Shown: in pieces, positions 12,746 to 26,795 of the stretch
Layout of the letters: the number at the start of each line of letters is the position of its first letter
Position numbering within the stretch: position 1 is the first letter of the stretch
NCBI GenBank assembly: GCA_951406725.2
Contig: OX597814.1
Location: 113,398,001 to 113,462,000, forward strand
Direction of reading: 5' to 3'
DNA from: Octopus vulgaris
Taxonomy: Eukaryota
DNA: 64,000 bases
The notes under the pieces: model-generated
Database searches by the model: none
What the model was told of the DNA's origin: nothing
The model's input: only the letters and a program-made list of their open reading frames with translations
Made by a program: the position numbers and the translations under genes

Positions 12746-13534
12746 CAGTGTCTTCTTACCGCTGAGCTACGCCTTTGCGCGTTGTGTATACGCGTAGGTA
12801 TGTTTGTGTGTGTGAATGTGAGCGTGTGCGCCTGTGTGTGCGCGAGTGTTTGTATTTGCAAGTGTGTGTGTGTGTGAGTGTGTGTGTGTGTGAGTGTGTG
12901 TAAGCTAAAAGAATTTACATCAATCAAAAGAATACGACATGTATATGCGTGTCTGTTTGTATGTATATATATATGTATGTGTGTGTGTGTGTATGTATTA
13001 TATATAAATGTATGTATGTATATATATATGTAACACATATATCTGTTTGAGTGTTTATACGTGTGTGTGTGTATGTGTGTGTATGTGTGTGTGTGTGTGT
13101 GCATGTGTGTGAAACACTGTTGCCATGACCTCTATTTAGCACATCCTTTATGGTCTATGGTTGTGGAACGTCAAGGCTGCAACGCTTCACTGCTACCATT
13201 TTTTGTTTTACTTGTTTCTGATTACTTTTTTCTTAAATTTTGTTTTATTTTCTCTTCTCTTCCCTTATCTTTGCCAATTTTTCTCTTCTCTACCGTTCCA
13301 TCAATGGCGAACATTTTGAAGACGACGGCACGATATCGAAGACCCATGCTGAGAAGGTCAAGTTATTCCTGTTCTGGTTGAAAGAGAAAAACAAACAAAT
13401 AATAAATAATAAATAAATAAATAAATACGTGGAGTTTGCCCACTCCACGGTAACCCTAACACCCTACAAAATCCCACTCAACCCTTAATTTTTTTATTTT
13501 GAAATATTCTACTCCTATAATTGCTTCTCTGCGG

Positions 13535-13878
13535 TTAGACCATCCGTCGTTGTCGACGATGATCATTGGAGAAGACGTGGCACGGGGTATCCAGCTGTAA
13601 CGGATCAGTGCTATGCGTGTTCGAATGGCACTGGTGGCTTGTTGGGACTAAAGGCAAGGATTTGGGGCTCTGGGCTTGTTTGGTTCACGTTTTCTTTATG
13701 CCCTTGCAATCTTGTTCAGTTCGTAGGAGGTGGCACATCGCCAGGCAGGTTGGTTTTGTGCTTGCGTTTTCCAGGTGTTGGGGTTGATGTCAATGCTCTC
13801 CAGGGAAGCTTTCAGTGTGTCCTTGAAGCGCTTTTTTCTGTCCACCTTGTGTGCGCTTGCCTTCCGCCAGTTCCCTGT
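13535..13878 (-). pseudogene. Decayed RTE-clade LINE 3' end
   Basis: Minus-strand translation GGQKK.RFKDTLKASLESIDINPNTWE...AWR, typical of the RTE ORF C-terminal region; disrupted by stops and frameshifts. Confidence 0.7.
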
Positions 13879-13964
13879 GGTATGCTAACACGAATATTAA
13901 TAATCTGAGTTGTTACAAGAACTACATTAATGGAATGGAATTGATTTTGGTAAAATTACATTGG

Positions 13965-14215
13965 TGGAGGCGCGTGGCTTAGTGGTTAAGGTGTCAGTAT
14001 CATGATCGTAAGATTGTGGTTTCAATTCCTGGACCGGGCGACGCGTTGTGTTCTTGAGCAAAATACTTCATTTCACGTTGCTGCAGTCCACTCAGTTGGC
14101 AAAAATGAGTAAGGCTGCGATGGACTGGCGTCCCGTCCAGCTGGGGAACACATACGCCATAGAAACCGGGAAACCGGGCCCATGAGCCTGGCTAGGTTTT
14201 AAAAGGGCGCATTTA
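13965..14215 (+). mobile_element. tRNA-headed SINE, family C-like
   Basis: GGAGGCGCGTGGCTTAGTGGTTA...GGTTTCAATTCC head; related copies at 43755 and 57830. Confidence 0.8.
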
Positions 14216-15257
14216 TTTTTTATTTTTTAAATTACAATGAATTCTAATTTTGATTCATTGCAGAGAGGTACTGGCAGCGAGCTGCAAGTGCTGGTCGTTA
14301 GTGCGTCGGACAATATGCTTAGCGGCATTTCCTCCGGCTTTTTAATATTCTGAGTTCGAATACTGCCGAGGTCGAGTTGATCTTTCATTCCCCAGGAAAT
14401 AAAATAAGTACACAGGATTTTATTTGGGGACCAGATGAAGCAAGAAACATAGATCAAGACAGATTAGTCCAACATCGAGGATTCGCTAGAACCAAACCCT
14501 GAGAGATGTTCCGTGAAAGTGAAATAAAATAAACTAGCACTAAATGAATGATGGTGTCCCAGTATGGCCATATACCTTGGCTGAAACAAGTAAAAATAAT
14601 AAGAATTTTCTAAAACATCATGATCAGCGATTAATTAATAAATTAACTTTAATTAGAATGCTTGAGAGAATATTAATAATAATCCTTTTTATTATAGGTA
14701 CAAAGCCTGATGTTTTGTGGGAGAAGAGAATCGATTATAATGATCTCAGTACTAGATTTGTGCTTAATTTATCTGCCCCAAAACGATGAGAAGCAATGTC
14801 GGCCTCGATGGGATTCTAGCTATGAACAACAACAAAAAAAAAACGGAGGAAATACTTCTAAGTATTTTGTCCGACGCGTTAACGTTCCTGTCAGCTCGCA
14901 GCTTTAACAGCAACAACAACAACAACAAAAACAACAACAACAACAATCCATTCTACTATAGGCACAAAGCCTGAAATGTTGGCTGGAGGGGTCAGTCGAT
15001 TACATTAACCCCATTGCTGTAAGTGGTTTTTATTTCATCGACCCTGAAATAGTAAAAGGCAAGGTCGACCTCGGCGGAATCTGAACACAGATTTTAAAGA
15101 CGGATAAATAGTACTAAGTGTTTTATCCGGCGGGCTAACCAATCTACTGGCGATGAAAGTATCGCGAGGGGAGAGGTCATTGTGCCTATAATAAACTTAC
15201 GCTCTGATTTTTTTTCAGGTCGTGGGTAGAGAGAGTATGATATAGATGGGGTCACAA

Positions 15258-15640
15258 GGCGGCGAGCTGGCAGAAACTTTAGCACGCGGTATTTCGTCTG
15301 CCGTTACGTTCTGAGTTCAAATTCCGCCGAGATCGACTTTGCCTTTCATCCTTTCGGGGTCGATAAATTAAGTACCAGTTACGCACTGGGGTCGATATAA
15401 TCGACTTAATCCGTTTGTCTGTCTTTGTTTGTCCTCTCTGTATTTAGTTCCTTGTGGGTAGTAAAGAAATAGGTATTTCGTCTACTGCTACGTTTTGAGT
15501 TCAAATTCCGCTTACATTGACTTTGCCTTTCATCCTTTCGGGGTCGATTAGATAAGTACCAGTTACGCACTGGTTCGATCTAATCGACTAGGCCCCCTCC
15601 CGCCAAATTTCGGGCCTTCTGTCTAAAGTAGAAAAGGATA
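15258..15640 (+). mobile_element. Family A SINE with internally duplicated body
   Basis: The GAGTTCAAATTCCG...GGGGTCGAT block occurs twice. Confidence 0.85.
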
Positions 15641-15682
15641 CTGATGTGGTCGCAAATGTCAACGAAAGGACTTTTGACAAAA

Positions 15683-15929
15683 CTTTTCCTTTTGATGGAC
15701 GGAATTTTCTAGTTAACTAAACAATTTGAAACTTCGTATACTGGTAGAATGGGTCAAAAGAAAACATTATTGTAAACAAAATTGAAAACAAAATTGTAAT
15801 TTGTAAGTTTAACGTAGTTTAATTCTTCGAAGAATTAAACTACATTGTTTTCTTTTGACACATTCTACCAGTATACGACGCTTCAAATTGTTTAGTTAAC
15901 TAGAAAATTCCGTCCATCAAAAGGAAAAG
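15683..15929. mobile_element. Foldback MITE with ~85-bp terminal inverted repeats
   Basis: CTTTTCCTTTTGATGGACGGAATTTTCTAGTTAACTAAACAATTTGAA... is mirrored by ...TTCAAATTGTTTAGTTAACTAGAAAATTCCGTCCATCAAAAGGAAAAG. Confidence 0.8.
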
Positions 15930-16434
15930 ATCCAACTAGCCGATTGACTGATCGAAAGATTTATGAAAAAATCGATTAGTTAATTGGTTAAATAATTAAC
16001 CAATTGACAAAAAGAAATATTAATAAACTGAAATAGAACCAGTGCATGTGTTTATTATTAGCAACATGACCGTTCCGAGATACAACAATAATTTATGCTT
16101 CACCACATGAGTTCCCATTAGGAATCTAACGAATAAAGTAGGACAGAAAAAAGTTATGCTCCCTCTTATACTTATATCCCCGACTTGCTGGTCAAAGATG
16201 AAGTCCCTAGGGGCTGCCCCTGTCAACGATCTGTCTGGATTGTGAAGTAGTGATAAGATTTATTGTCATGTTTCAGAGGAAGGATTTTTACGTGAAATGG
16301 CCAGAACACGACAACTGTATCGGAGTTAGTTGTTTGACCGCAGAGAAGGGAATGTAAGAGAGTGTAACACTATACAATGCGTGAGTGAGTGTGTGTGTGT
16401 ATGTGTGTGTGTGAGAGAGAAAGACAGAGAGAGA

Positions 16435-16473
<39 letters not shown>

Positions 16474-16877
16474 GGTGGATTGATGGATAGATGTATGTAT
16501 GTGTGTATATCTGTCTGTCTATCTTTATGTATGGGTGGATGGATGGATAGATTTGTGTACGTATATGTGTCTGTTTGTCTGTATGTATGGGTGGACGGAT
16601 AGATGAATGTGTGTGTATGTATGCATGTATGTATGTATGTGTGTATGTATGTGTGTATGTATGTATGTGTGTATGTATGTATGTATGCATGTTTGTATGG
16701 CTGGATGTCATTCAGTTTTATTTCTTGCCAAGTGAGAAAGAACCGGTTTCTAACCTGGATTCAAAGCGCCTTCATTGGAATTTAAACATGAACAGGACAT
16801 TTTTGTATGTATGTATGTATGTATGTATGTATGTATGTATGTATGTATGTATGTATGTATGTATGTATGTATGTATG

Positions 16878-17217
16878 TGACAGGCCATGCTTTTCTTTTG
16901 CTGAGCTCAAATCTCATTTGCGAACCCATGGAAAATGAACCTCCACCAACTATTCTGCTTATGTGTCTGTGCACACATTTCAATGCAATGTAAGCCAGAA
17001 GGTCTGCAAATCTAACGGACGCCTCGAAAGACATTTTAAGATCCACAAAGATCAGAACTTATCTGCAACTCTTGGTGGTCCAAAACGGATATGCAATCTA
17101 TGTGGGTGTCTTTTCAAAACATTGTCTGGTATAGAAAGCTACATCAGATGCCATGATGGTTCCAAGGTGTAGGCACGGGAGGAGGTCAAACTTTGCATAA
17201 GGAGTAGACAATCACCA
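16878..17217 (+). pseudogene. Decayed C2H2 zinc-finger fragment, probably an RTE-like LINE 3' end, in (TATG)n
   Basis: [23 protein letters not shown]...CNLCGCLFKTLSGIESYIRCH; flanked by (TATG)n like the element at 39712. Confidence 0.6.
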
Positions 17218-17935
17218 TGTATGTATGTATGTATGTATGTATGTATGTATGTATGTATGTATGTATGTATGTATGTATGTGCGTATGTATGTATGTGTGC
17301 AGATTTGTAAGTTTTGTTTTATGTATGTATTCTCATGCATATAGTTGCATATCTAAACATGTTCATATATATTTAAATGAAAAACTTCTGGAAAGTTCTA
17401 CAGATTTTTACAGTTCCTGTGATAGATTGGATCTCTAGTCTTCGAATCAGCTTTCTCCTTTCTGATTTTGAGAAGCCTAATTTCTCAAGATTGGTATTTA
17501 GGCAATATGTTACATATCCTAGGGCCTCCAATAATTACAGGTATAAACCCGAACTTGTAATCTGAATAGAGTAACTGCAGATTTCTCAATAGTTCAGCAC
17601 AAGTGTTCTCTTTTTGACGGATCTTCAGTTTTATGTATGTATGTATGTATGTATGTATGTATGTATGTATGTTTATGTATGCTTATGGATATGTACATAT
17701 GTATTTGTGTATGGATGGATAGATGAAGGAATGTGTACGTATGTTGTATGTATATATATACAGACTTATACGTGTGTGTGTCTATAGATCTGTACGTGTG
17801 TGAGTGTATATATATATATATATATATAAAGTTAATCCAAACATGAAAACACAAAGAGAAAACACAACAACGCGAGGTCGTGGAACAAATATAGTATTAT
17901 TGGACGCTCAGGAAGGAAGGAAGGGAAGAAGGAGG

Positions 17936-17970
17936 GTTTTACGTTTCGAGCGGAGCTCTTCGTCAGAAAC
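17936..17970 (-). ncRNA. Minimal type I hammerhead ribozyme (family 3, element about 17828-18040)
   Basis: GUUU-CUGACGA-A-GAGC(UCC)GCUC-GAAAC-GUA-AAAC; loopless ACGU stem III. Confidence 0.85.
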
Positions 17971-18722
17971 ATGGGAAAAGGAAAGATTCAGAGAAGGGTA
18001 GACAGAGGAAAAAAAATCGCCAACGGTACACACGCGGTCACATATATGTACATATGTATATATGAATATATATACACGCAATGTATGCGTTTATATGAGC
18101 GCATGTATGTGGATGTGCTGTAACAAGTTTGTTTCCCAACCACACCGTTCCGGGATCAGTCCCACTGCGTGGCAGCTTGTGACTGAATTTCGTAAATGGA
18201 AACTGAGAGAAGCCCGTCATACACACACACAGACACACGCACAAATATATATCTGTGCGTGTGTCTATGTTTGTCCGCCACCATTGCTTGACAGCGATGT
18301 TGGTGTGCTTTCGTCCTCGTAACCTAGCGAGTCGGCAAAAGAAATCGATAGAATTAGTACCAAGCTTTAAAAAGAAAAAAGTACTGAGTTGGATTTGTCC
18401 GATTAATATTCTTCAAGGCGGTGCCCCAGCATGGCCGCAGTCTAATGACAAACAAATAAAAGATTAAGGGGAAAAGTGTATGTGAAAGAGAGAGAGAGAG
18501 GAAGAGAGAAACAGGGAGAGAGAGAAAGAGGAAAAGAGAAACAGAGAGAGAGAGAAGAGAGAAACAAGGAGAGAGAGAGGAAGAGAGAAGGAGGAAGAGA
18601 GAGAGAGAAAAAGAGGAAGCGAGAGAGAGAGAGGAAGAGAGAAACAGGGAGAGAAAGAAAGAGAGAAAGAGAGAAACAGGGAAAGAGAGAGGAAGAGAGA
18701 CACAGGGAGAGAAAGAGCGAGA

Positions 18723-18786
<64 letters not shown>

Positions 18787-19187
18787 AAGGGAGAGCGGGA
18801 AACAATTCTTCAGTTCTGGAAACTTCAAAGTGTTTAATCATCTCCAGCCATGACTACTCTTTTACGGTGATTCTGCCTTTAAAACATTCCCCTAATTATG
18901 TTTGACAGAGGCGAATCCTATAAAATACTCCGTCCTGATAAGAGATTAGCGACCATTTGACAAAAATGACAATATAAATAAAAAATACAAAAATAAGAAG
19001 AAAGCCACAAACCAGTGTTTAAGATTTGCTCATCAATATTCCGCTGACATTTTTGATGAATGAGGTTAAATTTGGTTGAAATTGATGCTTAAGAAAGACA
19101 AAAAATATAGAAGAAAACGACCAACGACAAATGTATACACGTATACATACATACATACATACATATATACATACATACATACATACA

Positions 19188-19222
<35 letters not shown>

Positions 19223-19249
19223 GTGAATGGTAATGTACATATATGTGCG

Positions 19250-19615
19250 TGGAGGCGCAATGGCCCAGTGGTTAGGGCAGTGGACACGCGGTCGTAGGAT
19301 CACGGTTTCGATTCCCAGACCGGACGTTGTGAGTGTTTATTGAGCGAAAACACCTAAAGCTCCACGGTGGCGAACCCTGCGTTGTTCTTTCACCACAACT
19401 TTCTCTCACTCTTTCTTCATGTTTCTGTTGTACCTGTATTTCAAAGGGGCCAGTTTTGTGACACTCTGCGTCACGCTGAATCTCCCCGAGAACTACGTTA
19501 AGGGTACACACATGTCTGTGGAGTGCTCAGCCACTTGCACGTTAATTTCACGAGCAGGCTGTTCCGTTGATCGGATCAACTGGAACCTTCGTCGTCGTAA
19601 CCGACGGAGTGCCAC
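19250..19615 (+). mobile_element. tRNA-headed SINE, family C
   Basis: GGAGGCGCAATGGCCCAGTGGTTAGGGCAG...GGTTTCGATTCCC; copies at 21145-21317(-) and 29275-29560(-). Confidence 0.85.
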
Positions 19616-19954
19616 ATATATGCGCGCGCGCGTGTCTAGATAATGAATGTATGTTTGTATTGCATTTTTTCTTTTATCCTTTATTGTTTCAGCCATTGGA
19701 CTGCGGCCATGCTGGGGCACCGCCTCGAAGGGTTTAGTCAAACAAATGGACACCAGTATGTCTTTGTATTTTTTTTCAACCCTAGTACCCATTCTATCGG
19801 TTTCCTTTGCCAAAACGCTATATTACCAGGATGTAAATGAACCAGCACCGTTTCTCAAGCGTTTCTCACAAACATACATACGGGGTGTTATCAAATGGTT
19901 CCCGGACTAGTAATGTTTAATGAAAAATAACTCAACTAATTTATTGTTTTATTC

Positions 19955-20456
19955 TTTTATTTGTTTCAGTCATTTGACTGCGGCCATGCTGGAGCACCAC
20001 TTTTAGTCGAGCAAATCGACTCCAGGACTTATTCTTTGTAAGCCTAGTACTTATTCTATTAGTTTCTTGCCGAACCGCTAAGTTACGGGGACGTAAACAC
20101 ATCAGTATCGCATCGGTTGTTAAGCGATATTGGGAGGTACAAACACAGACATACAAACTCACACACACTCATACATACATACATACATACATACATACAT
20201 ACATACATACATACATACATACATACACACATACATATAGACAAACACACACACACGCACACAAATACATATATATATATATATATACATACATACATAC
20301 ATATATGACAGGCTTCTTTTAGTTTCCGTCCACCAAATCCACTCACAAAGCTTCGGTCGATCCGAGGCTATAACAGAAGACACTTGCCCAAGGTGCCGCG
20401 CAGTGGGACTGAACCCGGAACCATGGGGTTGGTAAGCAAGCAACATTCTACACAGC
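19955..20456 (-). mobile_element. Family B SINE
   Basis: Near full-length reverse-complement match to 26395-26795. Confidence 0.85.
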
Positions 20457-21511
20457 CAAACATAATCTACTTCGAAATAATTAAATGACTGAAGTAAGTA
20501 AACAAATAAAAGAATAAAAGTAAAGCCCTTGGACATCACTGTCCCGAGCCCAGGGTTTCATATAATCTGTTACCCGGTTTCCATGGCGTGTAAGTGACCG
20601 AGGTCACAACATACCCGCTAAAAGGGACCCTAGTCCTTCACAAGTTTGCTCATTTTCAGTCGAGTGAACCAGAACGACGTGTTTTCCTCAAGGCAATTCA
20701 CTCTTATGTTATTGCTGCTGCTGCTACTGCTGTTGCTGTTGTTGCTGCTGTTGTCTTCTTCTTCTTCTTCTTCTTCTTCTTCTTCTTCTTCTTCTTCTTC
20801 TTCTTCTTCTTCTTCTTCTTCTTCTTCTTCTTCTTCTTCTTCTTCCAGTCAGGACTCACGCCATTAGCCACAAAGAATAATTTCTAATTCGTGTCTACTC
20901 CAAGCTACTAAGAATGCGTGTGACAACTTGAAGATCCACCCACCACACGAGATAGACTAGCGGTTGCACGGGCACGAAAGCTACGTTGTTATCCTCATTC
21001 CGTAAACGGTGGCTTTTAACGGGTGGAGAGCTGAACCATCCTGGGGTACAGAGGATTCGCAATCTAGACTAGGGTCTGAAAGTTTACCACACCCTAGTGG
21101 GTTGCATCATAGTTCTTTTGCTTTGTGGCAGAAGTAGGAAGAATGAGTGAGAGAAAGTTGTGGTGAAAGAGTACAGCCCCCCCCCCCCCCGCCGGTGCCT
21201 CGTAGAGCTCAGGTGTTTTTGCTCAATAAACACTCACAATGCCCGGTCTGGAAATCGAAACCGCGGTCATGCGACCGCGAGTCCGCTGCCCTGACCACTG
21301 GGCCATTGCGCCTCCACTGTTGTTGTTGTTGATGATGATGAAAGCTATAGAGTGAATGGCCTTGCTCTAAGCAAATTGCGCCCGTAGATTGGTGAGCAAG
21401 AGAAAGGGCTCCTTCCTTTGATGGTCAAGGTAATCCTGGATCTGTAAGGTTCCTTGATTGATCCTAGTTGGACTTTCTACTGTACAAGAAGGAATATATC
21501 ATTTTATGACG

Positions 21512-22032
21512 TACAGTAATCCCTCGCCATATCGCGGTTCACGTGTCGTGGTTTATTATTTAAGCTTACGTCAATTCCTCTTTGGTGTTGTTTTGCATTT
21601 ATAACAAAATAAATATATACAAATTCTAATAATAATAAAAACAAGAGCGCTCAGAGAGCGCAAATCTCCGCTAAGGCAACACCAATATCTGAAATAAAAT
21701 TGACTGCTCTCTCAAACGTGAATACTAAAAATAAACCCGACCGCTCTCAAAAATTAAGTAAAAAGACAGAAAAAATATTTCCAGAATCATTGTTCGGTAC
21801 AGGATCGATCCCAAAATCTAATCAGTTCGTGCCAGTTACGAGGCCAAGCATCCCTGAAAGTTTTATCCGAATCCATCCAGCGGTTCTTGAGATATCTTGT
21901 CTACGATCAGCCAAGACAAACGCGACTGAAAACAATACCTCCGCCTTAGCGAAGGGCGAGTTAAAAATATACAGTACAGTACTGTATCTACTTCGTGGAT
22001 TTTCACCTAACGAGGGGAATTTTGGAACGTAT
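21512..22032. mobile_element. Tigger/pogo-like MITE interrupted by a nested element
   Basis: Begins TA-CAGTAATCCCTCG; both flanks match the intact copy at 56281-56509 in the opposite orientation. Confidence 0.7.
21639..21963 (+). mobile_element. Helentron-type non-autonomous element (HINE/DINE-like), nested
   Basis: AACAAGAG start, subterminal TCTCCGCTAAGGC, and 3' hairpin-like CCTCCGCCTTAGCGAAGGGCGAG; class assigned from recalled architecture. Confidence 0.5.
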
Positions 22033-22439
22033 TTATGTACTTTAATCGCATTTTACTGTCTTTTCCATTTTACTCCCCATCCTTTACCTAAATATCCACT
22101 CAAATTGTAGTCTGTCTGTGTGATATCCCCCTCATTTACCACCCCACTGTGGCTAATAAAAATTATTGTTATTATTATTATTATTGTTGTTGTTGTCATC
22201 GTTGTTATTATTGCTAAGACATGCTTATTGTTTTTGTCTTCCCATAGTGTTTATTTATCAAACATCTGCCTCTGCTAATCGACGTCTGCATTTCGTCTAT
22301 GCTGAGAATTTGCTGTGAACTTGAGGAATTTGTCATCCACCTCCGCCTCCTTTAGCACTCACTTTTCAAATCACAACTCACCGCCCTGTCCAGCGATCGA
22401 AACCAACAACTTGCGAGCGTGAGTGCAACACCGTAAACT

Positions 22440-22850
22440 CTTATTTCTTTACTGCCCACAAGGGGCTATACACAGAGGGGACAAACAAGGACAGACAAAC
22501 GGATTAAGTCGATTATATCGACCCCAGTGCGTAACTGGTACTTATTTAATCGAACCCGAAAGGATGAAAGGCAAAGTCGACCTCGGCGGAATTTGAACTC
22601 AGAACGTAGCGGCACACGAAATACCTATTTCTTTACTACCCACAAGGGGCTACACACAGAAGTGACAAACAAGGACAGACAAACGGATTAAGTCGATTAC
22701 ATCGACCCCAGTGCGTAACTGGTATTTATTTAATCGACCCCGAAAGGATGAAAGGCAGAGTCGACCTCGGCGGAATTTGAACTCAGAACGTAACGGTAGA
22801 CGAAATACGGCTACGCATTTCGCCCGGCGCGCAAACGTTTCTGCCAGCTC
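22440..22850 (-). mobile_element. Family A SINE, dimeric body
   Basis: Two ~180-bp tandem units; another copy at 23170-23400(+). Confidence 0.85.
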
Positions 22851-22940
22851 TATGTTACGCCGAACCACTATGTTACAGGGACGTAAATAAACAAAAATTT
22901 GGTTGTTAAGCGGTGTAGTTAGACGGGCCAAAGACAAGCA

Positions 22941-23008
<68 letters not shown>

Positions 23009-23942
23009 CGCTCACACACACACACAGACGACAGGCTTCCACACAGTTCCTATCTACCAAATTCACTCACGAGGCAATGAGGCATTGGTCGGCCCGGGAC
23101 TATAATAGAAGACATTTGCCCAAGGTGGCTAGAATCTACTTTGGAAATAAGTAACGTAAATTTCGGTTTTGGCGAGCTGACAGAAACGTTAGCACTCCGG
23201 GCGAAATGCTAAGCGGAATTTCGTCTGCCGCTACGTACTGAGTTCAAATTCCGCCGAGGTCGACTTTGCCTTTCATCCTTTCGGGGTCGATTAAATAAGT
23301 ACCAGTTACGCAATAGGGTCGATATAATCGACTTAATCAGTTTGTCTGTCCTTGTTTGTCCTCCCTGTGTTTAACCCCTTATGGGTAGTAAAGAAATAGG
23401 TTCTAGTAAGATTTCAACAGAAAAAAAAAAGTCGAGGGTTTGTAGCGTAAACAAGAGAATCTTGGAATGGACCAAAACTTAATATTCTTCATTCTACAAC
23501 AGAAGAAGTAGCTCATCAAACATTCTACAACACGAAGAAGACTGATCGAACAACGGGAAAAAGCCTGATCGAACATGAAAGAATGTTTCTTTGGACTAAT
23601 TCTGGCTGATTTCACATCATCGTCGTTTTTCTTAGACTTTGAGATTTTTGCTCCGGGTAAACGAAGTAGTAATGCCTCATTTTACTATAACCGGTGTTAG
23701 TTTGTTTATGCCACCGAAAATTCTAGAGGTTCGGCAAAATGGAGACGATAGAATTAACGACCATAAAGTCTCCAGTTTGGATCTTTCCCTCGCTCATCAC
23801 CACCACGACTAGTTACCGTTAAAGGGTCTGGGGGAAATAAAAGCAGGCAAAACCCCGCTAAAATTCATTAGCATTTAAGTTCCAGCACGAGCCGAGAAAA
23901 CCGATCTACCCCTTGATAATGTTGATGTTGATATTGCTCAAG

Positions 23943-23992
<50 letters not shown>

Positions 23993-24001
23993 TACTATCA
24001 C

Positions 24002-24090
<89 letters not shown>

Positions 24091-24111
24091 TACTATCACT
24101 ATTTATTATTA

Positions 24112-24169
<58 letters not shown>

Positions 24170-25238
24170 CATTATTATTTATGGTCCTTTACACACATGA
24201 CATGCTTATTTTCGTTCTTTTTCTCTTCCCATCTTGTTATTTTATCAAACAACTGCCTCTACTAATCGACGTCTCCATTTCGTCTATGCCGAGAATTTTG
24301 CTGTGAAATCAAGGAATTCGTCACACCTCCCTTTAACACTCGCCCTCGCCCCCCCAAAATATTTTTTTATCTTGATTTACTGACCAATGCCGCCAGATTG
24401 CTTAAATACTTTTCTCGTGTGGATCCGTCAGAGACATTCTTCAACGACATTTTCCACGTGAAATAATGGTACTCTTGCCGCCGCCTCCACCGCCACCTTC
24501 TTCTTCTTCTTCTTCTTCTTCTTCTTCTTCTTCTTCTTCTTCTTCTTCTTCTTCTCCTCCTCCTCCTCCTTCTCCTCCTTCTACGTCGTCTCTCCTTTCT
24601 TCTTCTTCTTCTTCTTCTTCTTCTTCTTCTTCTTCTTCTTCTTCTTCTTCTTCCCCTCCTCCTCCTCCTACGTCGTCGTCACCATCATCATCATCTCCTT
24701 TCTTCTTCTTCTCCTTCTTCTACTACTACTACTACTACTACTACTACTAAGTCGTCGCCGTCGTCGTCACCATCATCTTCATCACCCTTCTTCTTCTTCT
24801 TCTTCTACTTCAGCCTCCTCCTCCTCCTCCTCCTCCTCCTCCTCTTCCTTTTTTGTTTACACATTTCCCCCCCTGCTAATCGTTTGTTTGTTTCTTACAA
24901 ATTTACTAACAGTTTACGTGACACAATTTCATTAACTTTTCCTAATTACAATCTCTTTATAAGATTTCGAAAATAATCTCATTCACCCGCAAAAAAAAAG
25001 TAAGATAAATTCAGTGTGATTGTATTTTTCATTACACCTCGCCTCCCTCCCTACACACACCAGAAAAAAACAACAAAACACAACACCGGTGTTCTAATTT
25101 CCATTGGTAAATCAACAACTGTTTCTGAATCATAAACTGTTAAAACATTTAAGATGCACTTCACTGATATCGTTTATCTTTTACTTGTTTCAGTCTTTGG
25201 ACTGCGGCCATACTGGGGCACCATCTTGAAAGGTTTAT

Positions 25239-25296
<58 letters not shown>

Positions 25297-25299
<3 letters not shown>

Positions 25300-25483
25300 T
25301 AATACTAAGCAATTAAGGGTTTAGCAACGAATTGCCTTACCACACACCGAATTTAGGTTGCTAAACCCTTAATTGCTTAGTATTACTTAAATTTTCCTCG
25401 AATGAGGCTTTTACATGCCGAAGACTACTTGGTGTAATTGATAATTGTTCCAAATTAATTAATTTCACCCTTCATTGTTACTC
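25297..25483 (+). mobile_element. Family 1 3'-tail-only insertion with 5' inversion
   Basis: AAGTAATACTAAGCAATTAAGGGTTTAGCAAC / GTTGCTAAACCCTTAATTGCTTAGTATTACTT inverted arms, then family tail AATTAATTAATTTCACCCT; lies in (TA)n. Confidence 0.75.
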
Positions 25484-25502
25484 ATATATATATATATATA
25501 GT

Positions 25503-25818
25503 TACAAATTGAGATAGGGGTTGTAAATGCAACCCTCCATAGGATAACATATATCCAATATACTGCTAGTGAAGTACCCAACAAAGTTAATACATAAATG
25601 TTAAGAATTGCGATGCAATTAATTCATTTACTGTATTATATGGGCAAAGGTAAAATGTTTTACCACAAATTCATAATACAAAATAAGAAAATGGAGAAAT
25701 ACATCCAAATCAAATATCAACTACCAGATAATACCCAATCATATACTTTATGTGATTGGGTATTATCTGGTAGTTGATATTTGATTTGGATGTATTTCTC
25801 CATTTTCTTATTTTGTAT
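25503..25818 (-). mobile_element. Family 4 truncated element with ~70-bp terminal hairpin
   Basis: Homologous to 52765-53010; 25676-25744 is inverted at about 25750-25818. Confidence 0.8.
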
Positions 25819-26394
25819 ATGTATATATATATATATATAAACGCAGGAGTGGCTCTATCGGTCTCTTTTGCCGAACCGCCAAGTTACGGGGATGTAAACA
25901 CACCAGCATCGGTTGTCAAGCGACGGTTGGGGTGACAAACAGACACAAGCATATACACATACATATATATATAAATACATATATACGACGGGCTTCTTTC
26001 AGTTTCCATCTACCAAATCCACTCACAAGGCTTTGGTCGGTCCGAGGCTATAGTAGAAGACACTTGCCCAAGGTGCCACGCAGTGGGACTGAACCCGGAA
26101 CCACGTGGCTGGTAAGCAAGCTACATACCACACAGCCACTCCTGCACCTATGATTATAAATCGGTAGAACAATGAAGCTGATATTAAAGAAATCAATTTA
26201 CTGCAGCTCTTGATAAATCGAACATTCTTATTGAAGCAAAGATTTAACTTAGTGGTTCTTAATTAGGGTCCCTGAGGGTCCTTGAGGGTCCATATAAGAT
26301 TTTGTTGTTAAGATTGATGCGCAATAAATAGGTTACGATACACAAAATATTTTAACAATTTTCTATACAATCCCTTATAATATTTAATTATATG

Positions 26395-26795
26395 GGCGCA
26401 GGAGTGGCTGAGTGGTAAGTAGCTTGCTTACCAACCACATGGTTCCGGGTTCAGTCCCACTGCGTGGCACCTTGGGCAAGTGTCTTCTACTATAGCCTCG
26501 GGCCGACCAAAGCCTTGTGAGTGGATTTGGTAGAGGGAAAATGAAAGAAACCCGTCGTATATATGTATATGTATGTGTATATGTGTGTGTGTGTGTTTGT
26601 GCGTCCGTGTTTGTTCCCCAAACATCGCTTGACAACCGATGTTGGTGTGTTTACGTCCCCGTAACTTAGCGGTTCGGCAAAAGAGACTGATAGTACTAGG
26701 CTACCAAAGAATAAGTCCTGGTGTCGATTTGCTCGACTGAAGGCAGTGCCCCAGCATGGCCGCAGTCAAATGACTGAAACAAGTAAAAGAATAAA
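26395..26795 (+). mobile_element. Family B SINE, full length
   Basis: GGCGCAGGAGTGGCTGAGTGGTAAG...GGTTCAGTCCC...CCTTGGGCAAGTGTC...GCAGTCAAATGACTGAAACAAGTAAAAGA; inverted partner at about 25855-26148. Confidence 0.9.
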
